Source: Tubiluchus corallicola
Taxonomy: Eukaryota > Animalia > Priapulida
Length of the DNA stretch: 64,000 bases
Reading direction: 5' to 3'
NCBI GenBank assembly: GCA_030141605.1
Contig: JAQGDQ010000629.1
Span: 1 to 64,000, forward strand
The notes beneath the pieces are model-generated. The model made no database searches. It saw nothing but the letters and a program-made list of their open reading frames with translations, and was not told where the DNA came from. Both the position numbers and the translations under genes were made by a program. Positions 51,068-63,183 of this stretch are shown here, one piece after another (the stretch's first letter is position 1; each line of letters opens with the position of its first letter).

Positions 51068-52656
51068 ATGTTCACACTCACTCACAATTGAATATTTAAA
51101 ACTGATTTAATTTACTGTCAGAGAAAGATTGAAACCAAACCTGTTTGAAATGCCACAAACCTGGCTTTAGTTAACAAACATTCATTCACAATCGAATATC
51201 TAGTGCGTAAATAAAGTATAAAAGCGTAGAAGGATTGAATTTGTAGAGAATTTAAAGTAGATTAGACTGAAGATAGTGTAGACTATTGTAGACTGACTCA
51301 ATCTGGTGGTTAAATAAAGAATATGAAATTGTGTTGAACTGTGAAAGACCACTCAACAGCAATGCTCAAGAAAAAAAGACCCATGCAGAGCTACCCAAGT
51401 CACATGCACCCACTGAGCTTACCTGATTGGCTAGTGAAATTCACTGGCAATCTACATATGGAAAACGCAGCAGGTACAGGTGACCGAGCAGCACTGGCCA
51501 AGGCCACAACCTGGATTAAACTTCGACTCCAGTTCCATAATAATTTTAAATGTAGGTGGCAGCACACATTATTTTAGTAGTTTAAATTAAGAATCGCAAA
51601 TGAAATGTGTGGTAAGTGCACCCTGGGACAGCTAACCCGTGTCGTTTTACCAGCTTGTGTGAACATTTTAAATTATTAATAATATAATATATTAATTCAT
51701 ATTTTTGTAAGAACAAAAAAGGAGCAAACAACTAAACAAAAGTAAAATTAAAACAAGAAACATGAGCAAGTAATCAAGCAAATGAGCAAGCAAGCAAACA
51801 TTAAAAACAGGTTGTTAAGGAAGTAAATGCGAATGAACAAACTAGCAACCCCGTAAGCAACACAAGCGTGAAAACAGCAAACAAAACGTACCACCTCCAC
51901 CCATTTTCACAACATGCAAAACCAAGTCATTGTTTACTTTTTTATTATCGCTCTTAGGTCTTCAAATTTTTCAGCCATTAACGTGTAATAATCGCTCGTT
52001 TTTTAATATGGATCTTGTGAAAAGCTGACTCAGTAACTGTTTGTGGTGTGTTATTAAATGCGTTGTTAAAATGTTGTGTGTTCGTGTTCTCGCTAATAGG
52101 ACACACAACGTTTGTCCTGTAATTATACATTCAGTTTAAACATCATTTATGGGAGCATACGAGCAGAATAAAAGTATCTGATTTGTTTAAATACAAAAAT
52201 TGTTTATTTACAATACATTTGGCATTTGAAGAAATATTGAAAGCTACCACTCAAAATTACTACTCAATAAAGGATATCTACAGCACAAAGAATTTATGAA
52301 ACGTATATAACAAAAATGAAAAAGATATTACACAAAGTACAAGAAACCACTCAAATTTATACATAATGAATATGAAAAAAGCATCAAATTAATCAAAAAA
52401 TATCAATTCAAAAGAATATCTGCAATGAAAAATATCCAAGCAATAAGCGTTAACTTGCGCTTTCTACTGCATAGATACGGAAAGATTCAATCAACAATAT
52501 GAGTAAAGCCTGATTTCAACTTTCCGCAGAGGTATAATGTATCCTATGGTGGTCAGCGTAACCACAAATTATGCTGTTGCTGTTTGCTAATGAAACACCG
52601 CGGTTTATCGTACTTTACGAATTATGGGGGCGGGGGAAATCGTGACCCTTCGTTAA

Positions 52657-53114
52657 CCCTTTCATACCCGTTGTTTCCCGTGGGATACGAGAATATTTTC
52701 TGCCTTTAAAATTAATAAAATTTTAAAATTGACAGTTATTTGATCTGTTAATAGTTATTTTGATTTAAGCCAATAACAATAGACTAAAATGGTGATAAAA
52801 TGGCAAAGTAGAAAATCTACATAGCATAAAAACTGTGCAAGGTACAGTAGTTTAGAGACGAGTTTGTACAGATCAGCATAGCATGCATGCTAAATGTCTT
52901 AAATACTTTAAAAAATTATCAGCAGTTGCAAAATGAAGCACATTTTATGCTTCCATTGAATCCCAACGTATCCCGTGGGATACAGGCTATATTTAGCACA
53001 CGGACACAGGTAGAAAAAAATAATTATTACGTGTAAACAAGATGGACATACTGAACAAAAGTACCAAGCCAAAAATTTTTTCCTTATTAAAAAAATAATT
53101 TGGGACTGAAAGAG
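52657..53114 (+). mobile_element. piggyBac-type MITE (copy 3)
   Basis: TTAA|CCCTTTCATACCCG...CTGAAAGAG|TTAA. Confidence 0.92.
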
Positions 53115-53554
53115 TTAAGCAAAACGTACCTTTTCATTATCAAACCAACTATAGATAAACAAATAGGTGCCTAGCATTTAAAAAATACGAAAAGTTCTTA
53201 TCCAGACACAGTTAACTTATAAATTCTTGACACACATACTAACATTACATGGGTAAACATAAAAACACTGAAAATAGTCACAACTCATTAATCCTATATA
53301 TAGGAAGAAACAGCTTAAATTTAGGAGAAACACAGATAATAATGCTAGAAAAACTAACAACAGTAAGAGCAAAAATTAATTGTAAGTACTGGGTTAGAAT
53401 TACATAAATTGACAAGAGATGGCGCCACATACACACACACACGCGCACACACACACATACACACACGCACGCACACACACACATATCACAACATCTATAC
53501 CCCAGTTCATTACGTCACTATTATTAAAATGAAGACACGGCACTGTAAGATATA

Positions 53555-53735
53555 TATTATATTATATTATATTATATTATATTATATTATATTATATTAT
53601 ATTATATTATATTATATTATATTATATTATATTATATTATATTATATTATATTATATTATATTATATTATATTATATTATATTATATTACATTACATTAT
53701 ATTACATTACATTACATCATATCATATCATATTAT
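53555..53735. repeat. (ATATT)n microsatellite
   Basis: Direct reading. Confidence 0.95.
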
Positions 53736-53838
53736 ATACAAATATAATAACAATTCAATATACAAGACTGACTAATAGTATTTACAATTTTTATTATCGT
53801 AGCATAGTTAATGACAAAAACCTCAAAATTATCTATTT

Positions 53839-55854
53839 TCATTTTAAAAACAATGCTACTTTAGAACATGCTGCAATCACTAATGTGGTTGACAACCAAA
53901 CACTCGTCACTTGCCTTCTACTGTTCCCTGAGTGTGTGGGACATAACTTAGCCGAATCAAAATCCCGAGACACTTGACGCCTGTTACCACCTTCTCTCTC
54001 CTGTAACCTGTCTTGCTGATCACATTTTAGTGTAGCTGTGTGATCAATAAAAGTGATTCTACCTTCGAGCCCTTGAATGACAGGCGACATTCGTCGTATG
54101 TATTTTGCCAAATCTACAATGACTAGATTTCCTGTAGGGAACACGTCCAGACGTTGGTCTCTCAGCCACGTGTAGTCATCTCCTCCGTTTGCCAAGAACC
54201 TATTCGTGTAGACCCGGTACACCTGATTTAGGTCCAAGGGTTCATATTTGGGCACCCGACAATGAGCACATCTGACTTGTATATCAGCAACACGAGAACC
54301 TGCTGATTGCCTCATGTCATATTTGACTTTTAATCCAGAAACTTGTAGAAATCTGCCATCATCACTCAAAGGCAGGTTTTTTATTGCGTACGTCTTTACG
54401 TCATCTCTTTCACTTGATGATTCAACTGTCCTCTTGCTGACATTACGCTTTCTGGCAACTTTTATGCCGTTCAAGGAGCCCGGTTGCACTTGGCTTATCA
54501 TACGCTGGTCTATGTCCTTTATAACAGAGCGTGTGTCCAGCTTGCTCACTGAGTTTTCCAATATGTCCTTAATGCTTTCACCTTTCAGTTTAATCTTGTC
54601 TAGTACGTCTCCAAATGGAAGCGCGGACAGTAGTTGACCAACGGTCACAACACCATTCATGCCTTTCGAATCTATTGATGCCCTAATTGCACCGCCATTG
54701 TATATCGCTATGGCAGCTACGCTCCATTCATCTTCCGTCGTGGGCCAAACATTCCCCTGTATAACAGCATCTGTGATTAAGTTACCTAAACTGCACTCCC
54801 TTAAGAAGCAATCCTGCTTTTCACCCTCCAGATAAACAGCTGTTTTCCCGATTTGATCAACTGATTCTTCGTTGAGCTTCCAAGACTCCAGTAACCTTAA
54901 AACTTCTGCATCCTGTTTAACACTGCCATCTAACGGTATTGGACGCCCAGTGTATTCCACTAGTTGACCATCATCATTAAATTTCAACTTGATTTCACCA
55001 AGGTATTTGCCCCCAGCGTAACAGCTAACAATGGGAACATTGTCACCTGTTTTCTTGTTCTTCACGACGTAAGGATAAGATGCTGCTGGTTTTTCTATAG
55101 AAGGCGGTGGATCTCCTTCTGGCCAGAGGAACTTGCGCGAATCTCCTCCGACGATAACATCAATACCATCAACGTTTGCAGCAATCTGTTTATCCATCTT
55201 TAGATTTGCATCACCAAGTGCAATTATAATATTTACATTGGCTTGCTGCAGTAAAGCTACTTGTGTTCGCATACTTACTTCTATGTCTTCGTATATTAAT
55301 TGACCTGCAGGCAGGTATTGTGTATTTATGTATCCAATGATGCCAACTTTTGTCCCATCAGTTAGTGTCAGTATTGTTGCTTTCCGTAGCTTGTCCTGCA
55401 ATAGAGGTTCGTTCTTCGTGTCAATGTTGCTGCTTACGATTGGAAAAGTGACATTAGCTAAGAAAGAGATGGCGTTGTGGATGCCCAAGTCAAAATCATG
55501 ATTTCCGAGTGCCGCCACGTCATATCCGGCAAGGTTCATGAAGAAGGAGATCACGCGATGTTCGTGCACGAAGTACATCAGTGTTCCAACCTGCTGCTCA
55601 CCTGCGTCCATTAATAATACGTTTTGATCACGTGATCTGATCTCCTTAACTTTACTGACAATTCTTGCGTATCCGCCCCAACATTGACCTTCCTTTGCTT
55701 CGTCTTCACTGCAAACCGCCCCGTCTTCGTCGACTTGTTCAATTCTTGAATCCAAGTCGTTCGTGTGAAGTATCGTCAGATCTATTACTCTTTGACTTTG
55801 TTGTCGCAAAGCTGCAGTGGTCCAGATCCAGAGGAACAAAATCGGGAACACCAT
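53839..55854 (-). CDS. NT5E: Intronless GPI-anchored ecto-5'-nucleotidase (CD73/apyrase family)-like protein with altered metal ligands
   Basis: ATG at 55854 with a signal peptide. Motifs TILHTND, CWGGYAR, LGNHDFDLG, RECSLGNL, NGGAIR, LPFG, FLQVSG, FLANGGD, EGRI. Hydrophobic C-terminus. Confidence 0.9.
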   Translation of the reverse strand: MVFPILFLWIWTTAALRQQSQRVIDLTILHTNDLDSRIEQVDEDGAVCSEDEAKEGQCWGGYARIVSKVKEIRSRDQNVLLMDAGEQQVGTLMYFVHEHRVISFFMNLAGYDVAALGNHDFDLGIHNAISFLANVTFPIVSSNIDTKNEPLLQDKLRKATILTLTDGTKVGIIGYINTQYLPAGQLIYEDIEVSMRTQVALLQQANVNIIIALGDANLKMDKQIAANVDGIDVIVGGDSRKFLWPEGDPPPSIEKPAASYPYVVKNKKTGDNVPIVSCYAGGKYLGEIKLKFNDDGQLVEYTGRPIPLDGSVKQDAEVLRLLESWKLNEESVDQIGKTAVYLEGEKQDCFLRECSLGNLITDAVIQGNVWPTTEDEWSVAAIAIYNGGAIRASIDSKGMNGVVTVGQLLSALPFGDVLDKIKLKGESIKDILENSVSKLDTRSVIKDIDQRMISQVQPGSLNGIKVARKRNVSKRTVESSSERDDVKTYAIKNLPLSDDGRFLQVSGLKVKYDMRQSAGSRVADIQVRCAHCRVPKYEPLDLNQVYRVYTNRFLANGGDDYTWLRDQRLDVFPTGNLVIVDLAKYIRRMSPVIQGLEGRITFIDHTATLKCDQQDRLQEREGGNRRQVSRDFDSAKLCPTHSGNSRRQVTSVWLSTTLVIAACSKVALFLK

Positions 55855-57040
55855 TTCCTGTTGTCTCAACGTGAATTCCAGATCTACTTCATGATTAGAT
55901 GCTTCTTTGTTTAGATTCCCTACTTTACGATTTTGAACAAAGCTGAAACAGAATCAAATATTAAACGAGAATGATGTTGATTTTGTTGTCTAAATAAATG
56001 CAGGTCAATCCTGCACCAATGATACAGTAGATGTAACTCCTGGCAGCTGGGACCAAAAGGGGGTGTCAAAGGCCTAATTATAATGAGAAGAAATTACAAT
56101 TGCTAGTTTAGGGGTTTAGTATTGCATCCCTAATGGCAAAGGGTTTGGTTTAGCGTAGTTTTAGTCTGTTTCGCCTAACTGTTCATAACGAGATCAAGGT
56201 ATTGTTCATATTACTGCAATTTGCTGTCCTGTGCTCCTAGAAGTGCTGATTGCAAACTTGTTAGTGTAAACATCTCCGCCTTTATTGTCTTAATATGAAC
56301 ATGGCATAACCCTACAATCGCTGGACTAATATCGAATACATCTGTTCTTTATGCACTTTTTTCAAAAAAAAATCCGCGAGTCGTTAAATTTGACTCAATT
56401 GAACTATATTGAAAGCTACACTTAGCGCGAAGGGAGTGTTTAATACAGTGCCTTACGGTTGTTTACTTTATGCCTGGTTCTTATTGAAAAATAATAGAAC
56501 AACCCCTTTTTCTATTAGCTATTTTCGACGACTCCGATGTGTATGCCAGGCAAAAACCTGTGCAGTTGTTTCTAATTTACTGTTATTATTTATTATGCTC
56601 ATACCCTGTTAGCAGTGCACGTACAATGGCTAGTAATTCTCTGATTCGGTCGCATTGGAGGGCGGATCCAGGCTCATCATCCCTTCCATTTCTTTAACGG
56701 CAAAAGAAGCAACTGCTCCTAAAGAATATCTAATTACGTCACGCATGTATTCACTGACGTGTGTTGTGACGTCATAAATTAAAGGCAAACGGTTCTTTTT
56801 CCATTAATTATGTTGAGTATTATAAAATTTGTGATGCTATAAAGTTAGGCAATGGCAATATTGTATCTCAGAGTTAAATAAAGATGTAGGAGACCAATTT
56901 TAGACGAGTAAAATATTCTAATTATTAAGTTTACAGTTAATTTAGCATATCAGGTGGCATAAAAATGCGCAGACGTTATTAATCGAGATTGATTACAAAA
57001 TAGCTTGAAAATTACCACACTGATGTTGCATACGCTATAT

Positions 57041-57068
57041 GTAGTAGTAGTAGTAGTAGTAGTAGCCA

Positions 57069-57140
<72 letters not shown>

Positions 57141-57200
57141 CAGTAGCAGTAGCAGTAGCAGTAGCAGTAGCAGTAGCAGCAGCAGCAGCAGCAGTAGTAG
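57041..57200. repeat. (GTA)n/(GCA)n microsatellite
   Basis: Direct reading. Confidence 0.95.
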
Positions 57201-57579
57201 TTGTATCTATTTTTAATGAATTTTGAGTTGCTCTAAATGCTACTTCGTTTAAAATTATGTATTTTATAGGTTGTAATCTACACATTTTGTTGAAGTTGTT
57301 TACTAAAACAAGAAACAAAGCGTAATTTTTTGTTGCATAATAAAATCAATAAATTTATTGACCAGTTTTCCACGCATGCGTACGAGATACTTGAATGTCA
57401 AAATGGCTACCAAAGCACAAAGTGTGACATTCATAGGCTTTGAGCTTAAAAGAGACACATTAAGTTAGTAAACAATAATAAAAAGTGACTGCACTTTACA
57501 TTTACAATGCAAACAATGATATGTGATGCAAATGATTATCACAGTTTTAAATACATTAATTATGGTTTATTTAATTTTT

Positions 57580-58827
57580 TTAATAGTATTTTCCGTGACC
57601 AACTCTGCGGCCATAGCCGTATCCATGTCTTCGAAGACCTCCAAGGCCACCATACCCGTAACCTCTTCCGTATCCGTAACCAGAGCCGTATCCACCATAT
57701 CCTCCCAAACCATAACCACCATAACCGGCTCCATAACCTCCTCCATAACCTCCATAACCAGCACCATAACCGGCTCCGTATCCACCAAGACCGAATCCGC
57801 CGGCATATCCGGCAATTCTTCCACGTCGTCCTCCAGCGATGGCGATACCATCTCCATCACCATCAACGGCTACGTTACGCAGGCCTGGGTATCTAACTGG
57901 GGCAACCCTGATGTCAGCCAGACGAACGTTGGTGTCAACGTTGGGGATTCTTGGGTTGATGTCACGAACTCCAACGATGTCACCATCGTACAACAGCTTG
58001 GGTTGGTAGAAGCTGAATCCAGCCCTGTGAACAAACAATGATGATCATGGTAGAGACGCACAGTAACATGTCGAATACATTTGTCACAAAAAGCGGGTAT
58101 TTAAAGAACAGAGTTTACAGACTAATTATTCTGTAGGTTGGGTTGTTGTTTCTTGACTTTTTACCGTGCTGACCTTTGAACTTAGAAATTTTTGTTAATG
58201 ATTATTTAGTTTTACGTCATTAGTTGTCTGCAGCTAAAAACCGAAACTGCACCACAAGCTTTACAAGATTTATAATAACAAAGTTGATGGTAACAAAGTG
58301 CGAGGTGTTTACTAAAACGAACGAATAAAATCATTTTGTAAAACAGATGCATTTAACATAAGGATGCACTCTTGCGATGCTTGCTATGTTAAATCATATA
58401 CAACCACGGAATGTTTAGCATAGTAGTTAGTCATTTAGTGTGGTTTCCCATTCCGTGACCCATATTCCAGTTTTATAACTGCTATTGGGCATTTTCAGTG
58501 GGCGTTTTCTTGTGAAAACAAAATCGTTTTGAGACTTAATGACACTTTTTGCATGAAAAGAATGATATATTACCTGTATTTGTAATCATAGCCACGTGCT
58601 TTGGCCGCAGTTTCAGCGGCGCTGGCCTGGTCAGCGGCGTAATCGGCACCAGCAGCTTGTCCAGTTCTTGTGTAGCTGCTGCTAGCACTCTTCTGTCCAG
58701 CTCCAGCAGCCCGGGCGTTGGCGAATGGTCCCAGGATGTCAGTGGTGTAGTACTCGGGTCCCTGGGTGTAACCTTCAGCGTGGGCAAGCGCCACAATGGC
58801 GAGGGTGATGATGAGCGTTTTCATCAT
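57580..58827 (-). CDS. Secreted Gly/Tyr-rich structural protein (232 aa); coding exons 58827-58574 and 58024-57580
   Basis: Signal peptide MMKTLIITLAIVALAHA; phase-2 intron GTAAT..CAG; GGYG repeats; basic C-terminus RRVGHGKYY; AATAAA just after the stop. Confidence 0.9.
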
Positions 58828-59600
58828 GGTACGTGGCCTGTTGAAAAAAAGAAGAAACATAAAAACAACAGAAAACTGACTGCTACACCTATGCCTAGAA
58901 GACGTAATTGCAACAATTTCGAGTCACGTGATCGTTTTGGTTCTCCACTGCAGACAATAATTTACAATAAAACTTCTGAAGCTAACACTTATGAAGAAAA
59001 ACCCACCTATTCCGCTAATACAAAATTTATATGAAGTCAAATTTATAATAATAATAAGTTTATTTGTCATCATTAAGGTTGATCATCATTTATCATCACG
59101 AAAAGGTTGAATTACAGGACAGCATAAAACTACAAAATATAAAAAATTTTAAAAAGAATAAGCAAGGTAGAACATACAGCAAGAAGCATTATTGCACTAT
59201 TACAAGATACATGAACGAAATAAGTTAAAATAAAATGAATCAAAACTTTAAGTTTGGAATTTGAATAAGCCATGTGAGATAAAACTGATCTTGAATCTCT
59301 CTGTTCTGCATCAGCACAATAGAGTGATTTCGTGTACTCCAAGCCGCTAAATTCAACATGCGCTGCACGGCTGCCCGAAAAACAGGCGTTGGGTTCGAGT
59401 CCCAGTGAAGGGGAAAAATTAATTTTTTCAAACTTCATTATTTACTATTATTTTCTTGCGTTTATATGACTGAGTCATTTTCCAATAACAAAAATTAGCC
59501 AACGTTTTTCTGTACTCAGAAAAACTTAGTGGTAAACAAAACGCAGAAAAAGAAGTTACCCGAATCTGATAAAGAAGAGAATGACAACTAGCTTTTCTTA

Positions 59601-59680
59601 CCTGTTACTGCTGGTTCTACTTCCGTCGCAGCTGTGGAACTGATACTTTCTTCAGCTTCCAGCCGCTCTTTTATACCTTC
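59601..59680 (-). promoter_or_regulatory. TATA box and non-coding first exon of the Gly/Tyr-rich gene
   Basis: TATAAAAG at ~59676-59669, initiator-like TCAGTT about 30 nt downstream, donor CAG|GTAAG at 59601/59600. Confidence 0.65.
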
Positions 59681-60187
59681 TCCGAGCATTGTCTGAGAGC
59701 CTATTTTAAAATCTGTCATTGTCAAAGTCAAGACTAATGCAACTGCACCCGCTGGCTGTTCTATTTTCACTTTCAAAATCTCTCATATAAGCAGGTCGTC
59801 GAAAAGCTGTTGCCAACTGTTTTACAACGACGTTATTAGCGTCACTAATTATCAAAAGAACATGGAGTTGTCTACCGGTGGCGTGCCTTTTGTAGTTCCC
59901 AGTAATTGCAAACGCTTAAACATTCTAGCATGCCAATGCTTGCGTGTTAGTACTAGTATATCGTTTCCAAAAGTGATTCGAGTCTTTTTTACAGTTGAAT
60001 TGCTTATTATTGTTGTCGAAAGTCGCCAAAAATGAAAAAATCTTTTTGCGCAAATGTTGCAGTGGTGCAGTTTAGATGGGCCCTTTCAGAGAATGTCTAT
60101 TGTTAAAACATGCCAATTAAGGAAATTCGAAAACGTAAAAATTCCAACAATCTACAGTAATAGTGTAGTACAACAATCTACAGTATA

Positions 60188-60280
60188 CTATAGTAGTAGT
60201 AGCAGTAGTAGTAGTAGTAGTAGTAGTAATGGTAGTAGTGGTAGTAGTAGTAGTGGTAGTAGTAGCAGTGATAGTAGTAA

Positions 60281-60370
<90 letters not shown>

Positions 60371-60371
60371 C

Positions 60372-60450
<79 letters not shown>

Positions 60451-60451
60451 A

Positions 60452-60499
<48 letters not shown>

Positions 60500-60508
60500 C
60501 AATAGTAA

Positions 60509-60594
<86 letters not shown>

Positions 60595-60657
60595 ATAGTA
60601 ATGGTAGTAGTAGTAGTAGTAGTAGTAGTAATAGTAGTAGTAGTAATAGTAGTAGTT

Positions 60658-60695
<38 letters not shown>

Positions 60696-60752
60696 TGTTG
60701 TTGTTGTTGTTGTTGTCGTTGTTGTAACAGCAGCAGCAATAGTAATAGTAGG
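60188..60752. repeat. (AGT)n microsatellite
   Basis: Direct reading. Confidence 0.97.
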
Positions 60753-61149
60753 TACTACTTCAAGAACCACTTTCTTGTCGTTTAAGGTCAAGCACGCATT
60801 ATTATTGTTATTTTTATTTTCTCCAGCCTTACAGAATTTCTACAAGTAAAATTTGTCTAATAGCATTTCAGAGACATTATAGCGATGAAACATTATGCTT
60901 GAGTAATAGTTATGTAATGTATAGTGCCTGAAAAGATTACAAACAATCAAGATTTATCAAATTTCTCAAAAAAACTCTCAAACTGAAGAAATCTCTCCCA
61001 GGCAGATAGAAAACATGATCTCAGCCGTCAAATTAATGAAATTGACCCTCCCTGTCCCAAGGAAATTGGTTTCCCATTTTTAAATTACAAGATTTTATGC
61101 CAACTGTTGCTATTGCATTATGTTTATCAAGGTTGACCATCCAGTATAA

Positions 61150-61552
61150 GGCAGACCCTTTTATGGAGAACTTGTGCCTGGAAAGAGAAAGGTTGGACGA
61201 CCAAAGAAACGCTTCAAAGACAGCCTGAAGGCCTCACTCAAGGAGCTCAGCATGGATATCCGTTCAATGGAAACCCTTGTACAAGATCGCTCAGCATGGC
61301 GGAGTGCCATCACCGCAGGGGCAAAGACAGCAGAGGCGAAACGAATTGAGGAGGCAGAGGAGAAGCGCATGTGACACTGCCCAACAACAGTTCAAAACAC
61401 CCAGCCTCACCTGTGCAAAAAATGCCAAAGAAGTTTTCAGGCCAGAATTGGCCAAGTCAGCTCATCAAAGGAATGACAACCCCCCCCCCCCAAACTGACC
61501 CTTTATCCCTGTCACTATAATCATCTTCGATTCGAAGGACGAACATCATCAT
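61150..61552 (+). mobile_element. 5'-truncated RTE-clade LINE 3' end
   Basis: LYGELVPGKRKVGRPKKRFKDSLKASLK...QDRSAWRSAI, degenerate C-terminal Cys motif, (CAT)n tail, flanking direct repeat. Confidence 0.88.
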
Positions 61553-61917
61553 AATTAAGATTGACCATCCAGTATATGGCAGACCTCTTTATTGTTATTC
61601 ACGCCCTGCAGTATTTTACGTAAAACTCATGAAAACAATTAACACTTACTGATAACAATTTAATTCGATTATTTATTTATTTATTTATTTGTACATCTGT
61701 GAACCAAACAAACAGCAGATCAGCAGAAAAACGAAGAGTACGACGCACTTTTAAGCTGAACTCATCAATTCAGCAATGTTTTGCTCTTCATACAAGATAA
61801 TTAGATACCCAAAATGTTATGAGATACCCAAATTAAATATATTTAATTTGCAACAGTGAATATATTACCTTTCTAATTAAGTGTAATAAAAACAAAGATG
61901 CGAGATTTGCAAAGCTA

Positions 61918-63183
61918 TAGGTTTTACACGTCAAATGTAGACACAGGAAAGTTCAAATGTGACTTAGGTAAGTCAAATGTGACTTAGGTAAGTCAAATGT
62001 AGACATAGGAATTTCGAAATGTGTTTTGGTAACTCAAATGTGACTTAGGTAAGTCAAATGTAGACATAGGAATATCGAATGTGTTTTGGTAAGTCAAATG
62101 TAGACATAGGAATATCGAATGTGTTTTGGTAACTCCAATGTGACTTAGGTAAGTCAAATGTAGACATAGGAATTTCGAATGTGTTTTGGTAACTCAAATG
62201 TGACTTAGGTAGGTCAAATGTAGACATAGGAATTTCGAATGTGTTTTGGTAACTCCAATGTGACTTAGGTAAGTCAAATGTAGACATAGGAATTTCGAAT
62301 GTGTATTGGTAACTCAAATGTGACTTAGGTAAGTCAAATGTAGACATAGGAATATCGAATGTGTTTTGGTAAGTCAAATGTAGACATAGGAATTTCAAAT
62401 GTGTTTTGGTAACTCAAATGTGACTTAGGTAAGTCAAATGTAGACATAGGAATTTCGAAATGTGTTTTGGTAACTCAAATGTGACTTAGGTAAGTCAAAT
62501 GTAGACATAGGAATATCGAATGTGTTTTGGTAAGTCAAATGTAGACATAGGAATTTCAAATGTGTTTTGGTAACTCAAATGTGACTTAGGTAAGTCAAAT
62601 GTAGACATAGGAATTTCGAAATGTGTTTTGGTAACTCAAATGTGACTTAGGTAAGTCAAATGTAGACATAGGAATTTCGAATGTGTTTTGGTAACTCCAA
62701 TGTGACTTAGGTAAGTCAAATGTAGACATAGGAATTTCGAATGTGTTTTGGTAACTCAAATGTGACTTAGGTAAGTCAAACGTAGACAGAGGAATTTCGA
62801 ATGTGTTTTGGTAACTCAAATGTGACTTAGGTAAGTCAAATGTAGACATAAGAATTTCGAATGTGTTTTGGTAACTCAAATGTGACTCAGGTAAGTCAAA
62901 TGTAGATGCATTACTTTGAATAAATCGGTAATTAACTCATTTAAGTGCAAGTTACAAAAAGATAAACCTAATTAAAATTAAATTTTATGGTTATGGTGCT
63001 ATCGGCAGCATCAATTTTTCTCAATGTCTACATTTGATATACCAAAAATGCTTAAGATTTGTTGAAAACTATTGTTAACACATTTGAACTACCCAAGTCT
63101 ACATTTGAGTTACCAAGACACATTTGAATTACCTAAATCTACATTTGAGTTAACGTAGGTCTACATTTGACATGTAAAACCTA
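61918..63183. mobile_element. TA-flanked MITE with internally amplified ~60-bp satellite (61945-62905)
   Basis: Same TIRs and spacer as 29000-29436; the left subterminal unit is amplified about 16-fold. Confidence 0.9.

Noticed and set aside
57507-58041. Plus-strand Ser/Thr-rich and His-rich ORFs
   Set aside because: Antisense shadows of the Gly/Tyr-rich exon, which has the splice sites, signal peptide and polyA signal.
60054-60849. Poly-Ser/Thr/Val/Leu ORFs (also 9924-11363, 56950-57318)
   Set aside because: Translations of simple microsatellites.
61945-62905. CRISPR-like regular array
   Set aside because: No unique spacers and no cas genes; eukaryotic context; bounded by MITE TIRs. The same applies to the arrays at 2461-2820, 3140-3797 and 26719-26910.
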